Origin: Mobula hypostoma
Lineage: Eukaryota
DNA length: 57,525 nt
Reading direction: 5' to 3'
Assembly: GCF_963921235.1 (NCBI RefSeq)
Contig: NC_086101.1
Coordinates: forward strand, 31,248,001-31,305,525
Below the pieces are notes generated by a model that searched no databases, had not been told where the DNA came from, and saw only the letters and a program-made list of their open reading frames with translations. How positions within the stretch are numbered: position 1 is the stretch's first letter; each line of letters opens with the position of its first letter. Positions 24,101 to 34,023 of the stretch are shown here, piece by piece. Made by a program: the position numbers and the translations under genes.

Positions 24101-27100
24101 CCAGTTGGATGTGTTACGTACCCCGTAACTGGGTTGCCAAACCAGCAGAAATGGACCACTTAGTTGGAGTCTGGATTACTGGAACTAAGAAAGTTTTATT
24201 AAAGAAATAAGTAACGCAGTACTCTAATCCTAAGGATATGAATGCAACAGGTTAGCAATGATAAAACACACATGTACACAGAATTAGGATAATAGGAATC
24301 AACCAAGCTCTATCGTAGTCTAGGGGTAAAATGATCAGTCTCAAGTGACACAGAGTTCAGTTCAGCTGAGTGCAGTTCGCAGTAATCGCTGTTGTGCCAT
24401 TGGAGAGAGAGAGCGCGCGAATGATGATATGCAAATCGGATTCAAACAGACCTTTGATATTCCTCGCAGTTAGCTTTCGGGCGAGCCCTTTTTAATGTCT
24501 TCTGAGGTCGCCGACTGTGACCCTTCCGTTCCGGATACGATCGTTCTTCCGTGGTGAACCCGGCACCCAGGCAAGGGCGGACACGCACACCAGGTTCCCG
24601 CCGATCGTACCTTTTCACCCTGTGCGTCTATGGTCGGTCCCGCGATCAGACCTCCAAACTCCCACCAACTTGTGGGGGCACACCGCTTTTCCAGGGTCTC
24701 GTTATCTCGTGATCTCGTGGTGTGTGTCGTGCCTTAGCGAACCTGTTCCTTTTATCCCCCTGCTGGGGTATCGCCTGTCCATCAAACTGCAAACATTTCA
24801 GGTTCAAAGCAACCGGTCTGTCAATACTTGGAACTGTGTCTCTTTTCATTAATCTCTCTCGTCTGTCATTAACATTTTGAACGCTTCTCCCTTTGTCTCT
24901 CTTATCTCTTTCATCAGCATCAATCTTCTGATAACTTGGTCTTTCGTCACAGATGGAAAAGGTTTTCAGTTTCCTACCAGCTGCACCAAGAGGGGCCCGA
25001 CACGTTGCAAGGGTTCACCCTCTTGAAAGATGTTCTGGTGTGACCTCCGCAGACAGAGCTCAGAGGGTCGCCAGGTACTACAGGGATTCACACAGGTGTA
25101 GTTTTATTCTCCCTTTCAAAGTGAGCATAAAAAGCGTTGAGCTCATCTGGCAATGAGACATCACAGCCGTTCATGATGTTGGGTTTCATCTCGTTGGAAG
25201 TAATGGCCTGCGAGCCCGACTAGAGCTGATGTGCTTCCAATTTCGTCTCTAGCCTCAATCAGTATTGTTTTCTCGTTCTTAAAAATGGCCTTCTGTATGT
25301 TGTATTGGGACTCCTTGTGTGGTTCTGGATCACCAGTCTTGAATTCCACACATCTAGCCCTCAACAGACCTCGAATCTCCTGTGTTATTCGCGGATTTTG
25401 GTTTGGGTGTATCCAGTGTGTTCTCGAAAGCACACGTTCACCCACACAGGTCTTGATGAAGTTGATGACAACTGTAGCATGTTCATTCAGATTTGAAGAT
25501 GAATCCCTGAATATTGCCCAGTCCACTGACTTTTTTAAAAAAATTGGACTCCTGTTGGATTTGGTTCTGTCTCTGCAGAAGCTGTCCAACCTGCTGAGTG
25601 TTTCCAGCATTTCCTGTTTATATTGATTTTTTTTTGGCTTTAATTAATTGCTTGTATTCCTTTCAAAACTATTTTTTTTTCACTGATTTAAGTTTCATTG
25701 GTTTTAATGTTTCTGGGTGGGGATTGGCTTTGGTACCTGAGGTTTCAAGAGTGGTTTTGTGGGCAGAGCTGGTTTCAGTTAGTATGTCTCACCCTGTCAC
25801 AAGCGTGATCCTAGGCCCTGCTTGACCTGGAGCAGACTTGAGTAGTGGGCTTGGGTGTTCCAGTCCGGAGAAGGTGAAACTGTGAGGAAACTGTGGACCT
25901 GGCTCCCTGTTGGGAAAATTCTGACTTGTGTTGGGCCTCACTGTAGCAGTAGAAAATGCCACAGATAGAAAGGACAGAGTGGAAATGGGGCAACTGGTAT
26001 GTGAGGGGCACAGGCGCAGACTGAATACGAGTTGGGGGGGGGGGCGGTGGTGGAACAACAAAGTTGTGACCCAATCTGCATTTAATCTGTACTCTGAACA
26101 CAGGGCACTGAACTGGGCGGGAAGAAATATAGGTGGGTCCCTGCTTCACCTGGAAGGACGGTTTGAGTTCCTGGTTTGGGGAAGAGAAACAGTGAAAGGA
26201 GTGTTAAATCTTGAAATTGCCTGGGAAAATGCCACAAGATGGAGACTGCATGGTGGGGGTGGACGATCAGGGCGGGCAACAGTAAGAGTTCCCTTTAAAA
26301 TGCTGGAAGTGGAGGGGAAGGGAGTAAGGGTCTGTTGGGACCTCACAGGAATTGGAAAGTTTGTTACTGAAGGCAGGGGGCACTCTGACCTCAGTCCAGG
26401 AGAAAGGGGTAAATACAGAGGTTGGGGAAATGCAGGAGTTGTGGTTATGGGCTGTGTGCACAGTGTCTGAGGAGAAGCCAGGGTTCAGGTGGAAGGAAGA
26501 GCTTTCAGAGGCACCTGCGCAGAAAGTTTCTTCAGTGGAGCGAATGGAGAGTTTCACCCAAGCGTACTGCACATAGCACTGCTGTTTGCAACACCTCACA
26601 GGAAATGAAATGCACAGACTGTACACATGAACTGATTGATTTATAAGGGTCAGGCAGGAGCACTGATACAGGGAATAGTGGCCTGAATGGGAGAGAGATG
26701 ATCCATCTTCCCATGGGGAAAGCCTTGCTCCGGAGTAATGAGAAGGGGCAGATTTCCTGATCCAGCTCCCAATGCAAGTTGAAAGACTGTATCCAGCCAA
26801 GGGGTTTCCATCCAGTTTCAGGCACTGGCCAGGGAAGCAGAATTTCCTGGTTTCCTCCTAGTGAAACACCCTGGGAGGCTTACTTGTGGGCCTTGTGAGT
26901 AAAGTGGCTTTTCTGTTGATGGGTTAATCTTTTGCTGCCCAGTCTGGTAACCAGAGATGCCATCTGCACTTAGTGCTAACTGTGAGGCAAGGATGTAGAG
27001 AAAAGACCAGACTATCTGAACAAAAGAGTCAATTGTACCTGTTTAGAGCCTGGTGGTGAGATGCAAATAACCCCTGACAATATTGTGCATTATATATCCA

Positions 27101-27794
27101 GAATTTATAAAGAGCTTTTACTTCATTTCAGGTAGAGACAAACGTGGAAGTGAGGATGGCAGTACTGTCAAAGGAGAGCAGGTATGTAGTCAATGCGAAT
27201 TGCTGCCATTTGTTATAAAGTTCATTTCCTGTGTTAAGCTGACTGACACAAACCCCCACGTTAACCCAAACACAATTCATAATGCTGCTGTCCCTCAGGT
27301 GCAGCCCAGGGAGAACGTCAGCATCTGGGCTGATCTCTGTGGGCGGCACAGTAGCGCAATGCTTTTACAGCGCCAGGTTCGGTTCCTGCAACTGTCTGCA
27401 AGGAACTTATACGTTCTCCCGGTGACTCCATTGCTCTCCACCGGGTGCTCCACGCTCCTCCTATGTCCCGAAGACACATCGATCAGTAGGTTGATTTGCC
27501 ACAATGCTGTAATTGGAAACGGAGTCTTGTTGGATCAGAAAGGCCTGTTACTGTCCTGTATCTCTTAAATAAAATAAAATGCTCACATTCCTGAATCATT
27601 CCAAATTTGTGCCTGGTTCTTAACACTGATGCTGCCTTTGATCGTCTGTCTGTATCTCCCCCACCGAACAATGCTGCTCTTGATTGATTGGGATTTGCCG
27701 TTCCAAATAACAATATACTTCATTTTCATTTTAGGATGATGGAGAAGTGCAGGAATTGAAGCAGTCTGCACCAGATCACCCAGATGATCAATGA
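2860..27794 (+). CDS. Spliced gene (5' exon outside window): IgV + IgC2 + five-TM membrane protein with CD47-like topology and a CD2/SLAM/CEACAM/HepaCAM-like ectodomain
   Basis: Exons 2860-3168, 8162-8413, 12079-12192 (or -12186), 14597-14695, 17229-17351, 17437-17508, 20923-21018, 27132-27181, 27735-27794. All have canonical AG acceptors and, where internal, GT donors; phases match and the join has no internal stop. Translation: [103 protein letters not shown]/[288 protein letters not shown]. Confidence 0.8.
3760..3985 (+). mobile_element. CR1-type 3' tail fragment
   Basis: Ends gggcctgtttccatgctctatgac, like the CR1 3' end at about 56070-56110. Confidence 0.6.
4290..5395 (+). mobile_element. 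Rex1/Babar LINE 3' fragment with (TA)n tract
   Basis: [11 protein letters not shown] (RT motif) and [14 protein letters not shown]...[11 protein letters not shown]. (TA)n at about 5357-5378. Confidence 0.85.
5607..6954 (-). mobile_element. Tc1-family DNA transposon, internally deleted, long (~200 bp) TIRs
   Basis: Left end TA|CAGTCTCTATAAAAAGTATTCACCCC; right end reverse-complements to CAGTGCCTAGAAAAAGTATTCAGCCCC. Minus-strand transposase remnants [14 protein letters not shown] (about 6350-6395) and [17 protein letters not shown] (decayed DD34E motifs). Confidence 0.92.
7170..7270 (-). mobile_element. V-SINE (HE1-like) fragment
   Basis: gtgggaggaaaccagagcacccagaggaaa is the antisense of the V-SINE core GGTTTCCTCCGGGTGCTCCGGTTTCCTCCCAC. 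Confidence 0.75.
7502..8125 (+). mobile_element. Non-autonomous LINE-tailed retroelement, copy 1
   Basis: Starts GGAAGGAGAAAATGGCGACGCG, CpG-rich, ends AATAAA...(AATCT)n. Closely matches 16481-17179. Confidence 0.8.
8162..8413 (+). CDS. Exon: Ig C2-type domain
   Basis: Acceptor ttttcctctttAG (TAGAAG tandem acceptor), donor G|GTGAGT, 252 nt, phase 1/1. LTC...YQW..NG...GNRTL...[11 protein letters not shown] pattern. Sequons NFS, NVS, NRT, NYT. Confidence 0.9.
9060..10470 (+). mobile_element. Penelope-like element 3' part (GIY-YIG), decayed
   Basis: [36 protein letters not shown] is the Penelope GIY-YIG endonuclease, followed by a pyrimidine-rich spacer and a degenerate hammerhead at about 10396-10432. 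Confidence 0.88.
9181..9366. repeat. 31-bp minisatellite x6 (CAAATCTGTTCTCAGGGTGAGGCTTTCATTT) inside Penelope
   Basis: Unit starts at 9181, 9212, 9243, 9274, 9305, 9336. Confidence 0.95.
10480..11065 (-). mobile_element. Rex1/Babar 3' fragment interrupted by a SINE
   Basis: gagcatggcctgg...gatggatgctgctttcct matches the antisense Rex1 copy at 30415-30900. Confidence 0.7.
10716..11015 (+). mobile_element. tRNA-derived SINE with CORE-like domain and RTE-like tail
   Basis: A-box-like GGCCAAGTGG, degenerate B box, GTGTCCTTGAGCAAGGCACTTAACC (CORE-like), 3' CCATGGTCTCGCAAGACT. Confidence 0.7.
12079..12192 (+). CDS. Exon: TM1 ([38 protein letters not shown])
   Basis: Acceptor ttttcatatgcAG. Two in-frame phase-1 donors: after 12186 (GTAAAG) and after 12192 (GTATCC). 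Hydrophobic run followed by CC and a basic KK stop-transfer. Confidence 0.82.
12680..13130 (-). mobile_element. CR1 3' fragment, old
   Basis: caagaatatcagaagcaggaggtagccattcagcc resembles the antisense CR1 3' end at 52290. Confidence 0.55.
14597..14695 (+). CDS. Exon: TM2 ([33 protein letters not shown])
   Basis: Acceptor tttgttcctctgtAG, donor AAAG|GTAGGT, 99 nt, phase 1/1, strongly hydrophobic. Confidence 0.8.
16050..16480 (+). mobile_element. Rex1/Babar 3' end
   Basis: [11 protein letters not shown]...[11 protein letters not shown]...TSFRNSYFP; tail aataaatttactttgaacttt. Confidence 0.85.
16481..17179 (+). mobile_element. Non-autonomous LINE-tailed retroelement, copy 2
   Basis: Starts GGGGGAGGGGAGGAGAAGATGGCGACGCG, ends AATAAA...(AATCT)n. 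Homologous to 7502-8125. Confidence 0.8.
17229..17351 (+). CDS. Exon: TM3 plus cytoplasmic loop ([41 protein letters not shown])
   Basis: Acceptor tttttcactttgctgcAG, donor G|GTAAGG, 123 nt, phase 1/1. Confidence 0.82.
17437..17508 (+). CDS. Exon: TM4 ([24 protein letters not shown])
   Basis: 85-nt upstream intron with branch-point-like CTAAC, acceptor acttgtcAG, donor A|GTGAGT, 72 nt, phase 1/1. Confidence 0.8.
17725..20440 (+). mobile_element. CR1 LINE ORF2 (APE to RT), decayed, interrupted by a solo LTR
   Basis: [12 protein letters not shown]...[11 protein letters not shown]; [18 protein letters not shown]; VTSGVP...[10 protein letters not shown]...KFLDDT. Confidence 0.92.
18826..19377 (-). 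mobile_element. Solo LTR inserted in CR1
   Basis: Begins TGTAACCCT, ends AGGGTGTTA with the terminal CA and TSD partly lost. CR1 sequence (gagactaat/gataaaataagcc) is continuous across it. Orientation tentative. Confidence 0.7.
20923..21018 (+). CDS. Exon: extracellular loop with Cys plus TM5 ([32 protein letters not shown])
   Basis: Acceptor ccattttcAG, donor T|GTAAGT, 96 nt, phase 1/1. Confidence 0.8.
21147..21788. repeat. 30-bp minisatellite, about 21 copies (CTGGTTGCTGACGTTCGGGTCTGTCCCGTA)
   Basis: Near-perfect tandem units with variant blocks CTGTTT/CTGGTT/CTGGGT; the first two units are more diverged. Confidence 0.98.
22346..23046 (-). mobile_element. 5'-truncated Penelope-like element, young, with 13-bp TSD
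   Basis: [37 protein letters not shown] (GIY-YIG). TSD AATGATAGAGCCA at 22333-22345 and 23047-23059. Confidence 0.93.
22404..22441 (-). ncRNA. Minimal type I hammerhead ribozyme motif in Penelope terminal repeat
   Basis: Minus strand reads UAGUU-CUGAUGA-AGGGUCUCGGCCC-GAAAC-GUC-GACUG: intact core, stem I UAGUU/GACUG, stem II GGGU/GCCC, palindromic ACGU in place of stem III. Confidence 0.75.
24112..24951 (-). mobile_element. Solo LTR (840 bp) with 4-bp TSD
   Basis: TGTTACG...CGTCACA termini. TSD GATG at 24108-24111 and 24952-24955. Minus-strand GATAAAAG near 24750 and AATAAA near 24195. Confidence 0.9.
25880..26580 (-). mobile_element. Penelope-like fragment, highly decayed
   Basis: Antisense similarity to the GIY-YIG region of the copy at 9060-10470. 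Confidence 0.5.
27132..27181 (+). CDS. Exon: cytoplasmic tail 1 ([17 protein letters not shown])
   Basis: Acceptor ttttacttcatttcAG, donor CAG|GTATGT, 50 nt, phase 1/0. Places basic residues directly after TM5. Confidence 0.72.
27340..27575 (+). mobile_element. V-SINE (HE1-like)
   Basis: GGCGGCACAGTAGCG head, ccgggtgctccacgctcctcc V-core remnant, CR1-like tail with (taaaa)n. Confidence 0.7.
27735..27794 (+). CDS. Last coding exon ([19 protein letters not shown])
   Basis: Acceptor cttcattttcattttAG, phase 0 matches the previous donor, TGA at 27792-27794, then AT-rich 3'UTR-like sequence with AATAAA at 28125-28130. Confidence 0.7.
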   Translation, partial: DDGEVQELKQSAPDHPDDQ

Positions 27795-28811
27795 TCTCTA
27801 CCACCTCATGTAGAGTGGTCGTCATGTCCAGAGTACCTTTCCCTTTAAAAACCACATACATCTGAGCAAAAATACTTGCTCTTTTGGTTTATAAACTGGA
27901 AAACTCAGGCAGACACTGAATAATGCATTTGACTTTTTAAAACTTTATATGTTCAACATTTTTAGCACTTTTAGAAAGTAAAATTACTTTCTGATTGCTG
28001 AAATTACCGACAGGAAAATGTATCTGGGCCACTTGTGCAATACACAAAAAATGGGAGGATCTCTGTGGGCGTATTTCTTGTTAGTATAACTGATACATTT
28101 CACTGTACGTTTGGACACATGACAAATAAATCTGAATCTAGAATGTTCTTACGGTGGGTGGACTGAAGGTGTTTTCAAAGTGATTTGAACCCCCCTCCCC
28201 AGCCCACAAATGTGTTGAATCTCACTGGTGTAAAAGCATCTGCACCAGATACAGTAAATTGCACTAATACATTCGCAAGGGGCGTGCCTCAGCTGGAAGG
28301 AAGGTGGTGATGAGGAATTTGTAGGGGAAAGTGGTTGCATGGATAAGTGGGGGAAAACAAGCAGATAAAGTCAGAGTGATGCCTGCAAAAGGTGGGGAGG
28401 AAAGGAAAGATATGCTTGGTGATGGGATCCTGTTGTCCATTTCTATGCTTAGATGCTGCTTGACCCGCTGATACCCTCCAGCATTTTGTGTGTTGCTCCA
28501 GATTTACAGCATTAGCAATTTTTGTATCAAAAAATTATTTAAATTTTTTAACTTTTTATAAAATTTAGTATTATGTTTACTTAAAGCACATTTATGACAG
28601 TTTATAAAGCTGAGATGAAAATCTTACAGCTGATTTGCTGTAGGTGATGATTTTGTACTCTGATGACACAGCTTTTGGAGTATTAAAGGCCATGAGTAAA
28701 TGTTATTGTCTCTGTAGCTCTTTTGTCATACACTGAGCTTTTAGTTTCAAAATTACTTTGAAACCAGCAAATGCCTTGGCTATTTCTGCCTCTATATTGT
28801 GATTTTTGTAT

Positions 28812-29695
28812 TGTTACATACCTCAAGGAGACCTGTGATTTTTTTTTTGTGAGAATGATGTAATGGTCTTTTGGAGGTCACCTGATGTAATTTGCCTGCT
28901 GATGTGAGGTGACGTGATGACATGTGCCCCACGGGGATATAAGGGAAGACCCCAGATGACGCAGTTTAGTTTTTAGATTTCCAGTTAGAACGTACTGTGT
29001 CTCTGTTTCTGTTGCGTATTTATTTTATGACGCAGTTTCATTTTTAAGACGGTTGTTACGTTCTGTTGCAAGGTACAATAGTGCTGGATTGGCAATTTTT
29101 GCTAGATATGATGATGTACCTTATTCCAGCGGTAGTAGAAGGGAGAGTGAAGACTTTATTGAAGTACTGGACCCGAAGGATTGAGAGGAGTCAGTTTCGT
29201 TTGGCAGTTTAACAAAGGATCGACCTTATTGAGTCTTTGTTGAAGGAGTAGTGACCTGCATCAAAGATAACTTTTGCCAAAAGAGAAAAGAGTTCATTCA
29301 AAGGTTTTCTCTCTCTAAAAGAAATTAAGGTAATTTGTTTTAAACTGTTTATTTCCTGAATCGTGAATCCTTCGGTCAGAACCAACTGGAAAGTCGCGTC
29401 TATGAAGAAATCCTTCTCCAGAGAAGTCTCTCCCAATTGAATGTATAAATCTGTTGCACTTTCGAATTTACCACTTTAAGAACTATATCCAACTTTACCG
29501 CTTTAAGAACTGTTTTCGCATTTAACGCTTTAAGAACATGTGCCAAGTGATGATTTGTTGAACGGCTGCATAGCGGTTAACTTGCAGTTAAGGTTTTCGT
29601 TCGTTTATTTTATCGTTTATCTGTGTTTAATAAATGTTTGGTTGTTTTTATATAACCTGTCTCGATTGATATTCATTGTTGCTGGTTACATAACA
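28812..29695 (+). mobile_element. Solo LTR (884 bp) with 4-bp TSD
   Basis: TGTTA...TAACA termini. TSD GTAT at 28808-28811 and 29696-29699. GATATAAG near 28936 and AATAAA near 29629. Confidence 0.88.
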
Positions 29696-30414
29696 GTATC
29701 TCCCTCTGCCTCGTGAACGTTAAATATCAGAGCTTGATATTTGCATTTTCTCCGCGGAATTTGAGTGTGTACAAGCAAGAGCGACCTTCAGACTGGCCTG
29801 GAGAAGTCAGTGTTCTGTGTAAGTGTTGGAGGGGGTTGCTGCCACTCTGAAGAAGCTGCTGTGCCAGTTCTGATCTCACTTCAGCCCCACGCTTCTGATC
29901 TCCGGGCCCCTGGTGCAGAGCAAGGTGTGCCAGTCTGGAAACCTTGTCAGTTTGCTCCTGGTTCTGCCTCAAGGCCCAGGAAGTAGACCATTCATGCCTC
30001 TGCCCAAGCCAACAGCCTGCCCCAGTTCTGAGAATTAGTGCATGTCTGGGTTTGTAGGACAGAGTACACAGTGCCCCCTGGCTCACTGGAGATCTTCAGC
30101 GATTGGTGACACCACAGGGTATGATGTGCATCTTGTAAGGGTGATGAGTTAATTTGGTGTATTTTTTAAAATATTGAATAGAGAAAGATCTAAATATTGT
30201 AAATATGTCTAAACACTTTTTTTAAGTGATTGATTTTGGAATCACAAGGACAACTGCGTGAAAAAACCAGCGGGTGAGGGAAGAAGCTCCTAGTCTCAGT
30301 GGGAGAACCCTGAAGAGATGTACTTTCAAACCTGACATGACCAGAGTCATTTGCTGAAACATTGGCCAACACTAGAGACAGCAGGTCCATATTAAAAACC
30401 CCAGCCACCACCAG

Positions 30415-30900
30415 AGTTCAAAGTTTAAAATAACTTTTATCATTAGAGTACAAACAACCCTGAGATTTATTTTCTGTGGCGTGCTCAGTAAGTCAATAGA
30501 ATGGTAACTACAACAGGGTCAATGGAAGATCAGCCAGAAGACAAACTGTGCAAATACAAATATAAATAAATAATGAGAACATGAAATAACAAGATAGAGT
30601 CCCTTAAAGTGAGATCATTTGTTGTGGGAACATCTCAAAAGAATGAGTGTAGTCATCCCCCTTTTTGTTCAAGAGCCTGATGGTTGAGGGGTAGAAACTG
30701 TTCCCGAACCTAGTGGTGCGAGTCCTGAGGTCTTGTACCTTCTGCCTCATGGCAGCAGCATGAAAAGAGCATGGCCTGGGTGGTGAGGATCTCTGATGGA
30801 TGCTGCTTTCCTATGACAGTGTTTCATGTTGATGTGCTCACTGGCTGGGAAGGCCAAATGCACTACCTTCTGTAGATATTCCATTCAAAGACATTGGTGC
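30415..30900 (-). mobile_element. Rex1/Babar 3' fragment
   Basis: Antisense tail gttcaaagtt... and antisense of the LPSGRRYRS region. Confidence 0.75.
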
Positions 30901-31389
30901 AGCCAGAGAGAGGGGTGACATCCACTGACACTAAAAAAACACAATAGAGAAAGGTCTAAGCATTGGAACTTGGCTCAAGGTATTTTGCCTCCAAGATATT
31001 TTCCACCATCGTGACAGAGATAAGGATGGCAGGAAATTTTTCAAGTGAGCCACAATCAGTCAGGCAAGGAGAGGGTATTCCATCATGTTCTGACTTGTGC
31101 CTTGTCAATGATGGAATGATCTTGGAGTAAAAATGTGAGCATTTACAACAGGTCTGACCTGCTCCTGTGGGCAAGGCACTGATGGAGCTGTTCCAGTTGA
31201 CATTCACTGGTTGCAAGATTAAGAAGGGAATATGGTAGCCCAAAGATTGGTAATTGTTTTCTTAGAGTCACATGCACTAAGGTAAAATTATTTTAAAAAA
31301 ACGCTTTGTTTTGCAAGCCATTGAACAGGTCACCACATCAGTGTGTTGTGCTGTCACAAGAAACAATATCGATGCAAACACCTACCACC

Positions 31390-32265
31390 CCACCAGCCTC
31401 CGCGTTCAGCACATAATTCCCTGAAACTTCCGCCACCTCCAACGGGATCCCACCACCATGCACATTTTTCCCTCCCCCTCACTTTCTGTGGGGATCGCTC
31501 CCCACGTAACTCCCTTGTCCATTTGTCCCTCCTCACTGATCTCCCTCCTGGCACTTATCCTCACAAATGGAACAAGTGCTCCACCCCTTCCCTTCCTACC
31601 ATTCAGGGCCATAAACAATCCTTCTAGGTGAGGGGTTACTTGCTGTGTTCAGTGCTCCTGGTGTGGCTTCCTGCATATTGGTGAGACCTGAAGTAGATTG
31701 GGAGACCGCTTCACTGAGCAGCTACACTCTCTCCGCCAGAACAAGCAGAATTTCCCAGTGGTCACCTATTTTGATTGCACTTCCCAATCCCATTCTGATA
31801 TGCCTATCCATGCCCGCCTCCACTGTCGTGATGACGCCACACTTAGGTTGGAGGAGCAACACCTTGTATTCCATCTGGGTAACCTCCAACCTGATGGCAT
31901 GAACATCGATTTCTCAAACTTCCAGTACTGCCCTCCACCCCCACCCTTCACCATTTACCATCCCCTTTTCCCTCACTTCATCTCCTTGCCTGCCCATTGC
32001 CTCCCTCTAGTGCTCTTCCATGGCCTTCTGTCTCTTTCACCAATCAACTTCCCAGCTCTTTACTTCTTTCCTCCCCCTCCAGGTTTCACCTATCGCCTGG
32101 TGTTTCTCTCTTTCCCCTCACCTTTTAAATCTACTCAGCTTTTTTGCTCCAGCCCTGCCAGAGGGTTTTGGCTGAAAACGTCAACTTTTTCCTCCATGCT
32201 GAGTTCCTCCAGCATTTTCTGTGCGTTGCTCAGATTTCCAGTATCTGCAGATTTTCGCTTGTATG
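31390..32265 (+). mobile_element. Penelope-like element 3' part
   Basis: LGDRFTEQLHS...[27 protein letters not shown], same C-terminus as the 22346-23046 copy. Confidence 0.88.
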
Positions 32266-33479
32266 TCAAAGCAGTTACAGAGAAAGGGCAGAGCAGGTGC
32301 TCAATAAGGTGCAAGGCTATAACAAGGTCATTGTGAGATCCAGATGGCATTAATGTGTATTAGGTTCAGGTTGGATCCTCTGAGGTGTTGATGCCCTGTG
32401 TCAGGCTGGGGCATTCCAAATTCTTGCTGTGAAGCTCAGATTGTGAGTGACCTGTTGGTTAGAACATGGCACTGTCCCTTATACTTGTTGTAGGGAAACA
32501 TTAACGAAGACAAGATCAAAATGCTGCAATATCAACAAATAAGTTATGATCTCACTGGTTCCTTATAATCGAACAAGGGAGGTTTGGGTAGTTTCTCTGC
32601 CTGAGTTTGGCATGAACTCATCCAGGTAGGGAACCCAGTCACAGCTCAGAGACCCCCCACCCAATGCACTATATAAGCACTATAAATCATGTGGTGTTAG
32701 ATGAAAATATTACAGATTAGATATAAGATGTGACCTCTGAATTCTGTATCCTACAATTTAATTCCTGGTACAAACCTGTCTCTACCCAGGAGGTCAATCT
32801 TATTTGCAAGCTGCTCATAAAATCTAAATATAATTTATTCTTAACTTCAGGTGATTTCAAACAAACCTCACCAGTGACCAAAACTCCCCTTCTCCCCCAT
32901 CCACTCTCTCCCGCCCACCCCCCTCTCCAGGAGGTGATGCTTTTTAACCACCTGTACCCGGCAGGCCCGGTGAGATAACATTTACTATGGGCCATTTTGC
33001 TTCAACTATACTGAGACAAATATATTTCATCGTACTTCCTTGATGAAACATACAGAAGTTGTATTTATTAGAAAACCTGAGTTGACAAAGTGCCGTCTAC
33101 TTTGTCAGATGCGCTTCACCAGCCGAGGAAACTTGCCGAAGAACACGATGTTTAACTTCTTGAGAGGTGACCGGGCGATGCCTGTCCTCAGTTGAGTCGT
33201 TTATTGCCCAGATCAAAGTTTCTTTCACCATCCCTTGACAATGATCTTCCCGTTCTAAGTCCTGACAGTGTCCCGTCATCAGCAGTAGGGTGTGATAAAG
33301 ATCAGACCTCTGAGCTCTTCCGTGTCAATACGGAAAACGCGAGGAACTCAGATCGCACAACGGGAGAGAATCAGGGATAATGGTTCAGGTCTATGATCTT
33401 CCTACAACCAATACAGTATAAGGAATTCAAAGTACATTTATACTGTAAATAGCAGGTTCATTGAACCACGAGGACAAAT

Positions 33480-34023
33480 GAGGTCACTATCAGCACACCT
33501 CTGTCCCAGGATACTGCCGGACTTTTACTGCTGTACCATTGAGAGCATAGTCACCAACTGCATCTCAGTGTGGTATGGCAATTGTCCCGTATCGGACCGC
33601 AAAGCACTCCAGCTTGTGATGAAAACTGCCCAGCGGATTATTGGCACCCAATTGCCCACCATTGAGAACATCTACCATAAACGCTGCCTCGGCAGGGCGA
33701 AAAAGCATTATCAAGGATGCATCTCACCCTAACCAGGACGTTTTACTCTCCTCCCATCCGGTAGGCGTTACAGGAGCCTCCGCTCCCGCACCAGCAGGCA
33801 CAGGAAGAGCTTCTTCCCTGAGGCCGTGACCCTGCTGAATCTCACATCACAGCGCCAATTGTACTGTCTCAGTACTTTTATATTTGTGTACTTTTTATTC
33901 GCAGTTATTTTGTAAATAGCACTATTCTTTGCATTTCCGGTCAGATGCCAACTGCATTTCATTGGCTTTGTATCTGTACTCGGCGCAGTGACAATAAAGT
34001 TGAATCTAATCTAATCTAATCTA
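33480..34023 (+). mobile_element. Rex1/Babar 3' end with (AATCT)n tail
   Basis: FYCCTIESIVTNCISVWYG; AATAAA followed by aatctaatctaatcta. Confidence 0.88.

Larger units (their letters stand above)
21880..25530 (-). mobile_element. Rex1/Babar LINE (RT and 3' end), decayed, hosting a Penelope copy and a solo LTR
   Basis: [26 protein letters not shown] and [13 protein letters not shown] in minus-strand ORFs. Confidence 0.88.

Noticed and set aside
2860-27794. Assigning the symbol CD47, CD2, CD58, SLAMF or HEPACAM
   Set aside because: Only architectural resemblance is visible. Domain number and Cys pattern differ from CD47, and the five TM helices differ from the others. Orthology needs searches and synteny.
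33109-33166. Candidate alternative last exon (acceptor tactttgtcAG; ALHQPRKLAEEHDV*)
   Set aside because: Supported only by a splice-like motif; a complete phase-compatible ending already exists at 27735-27794.
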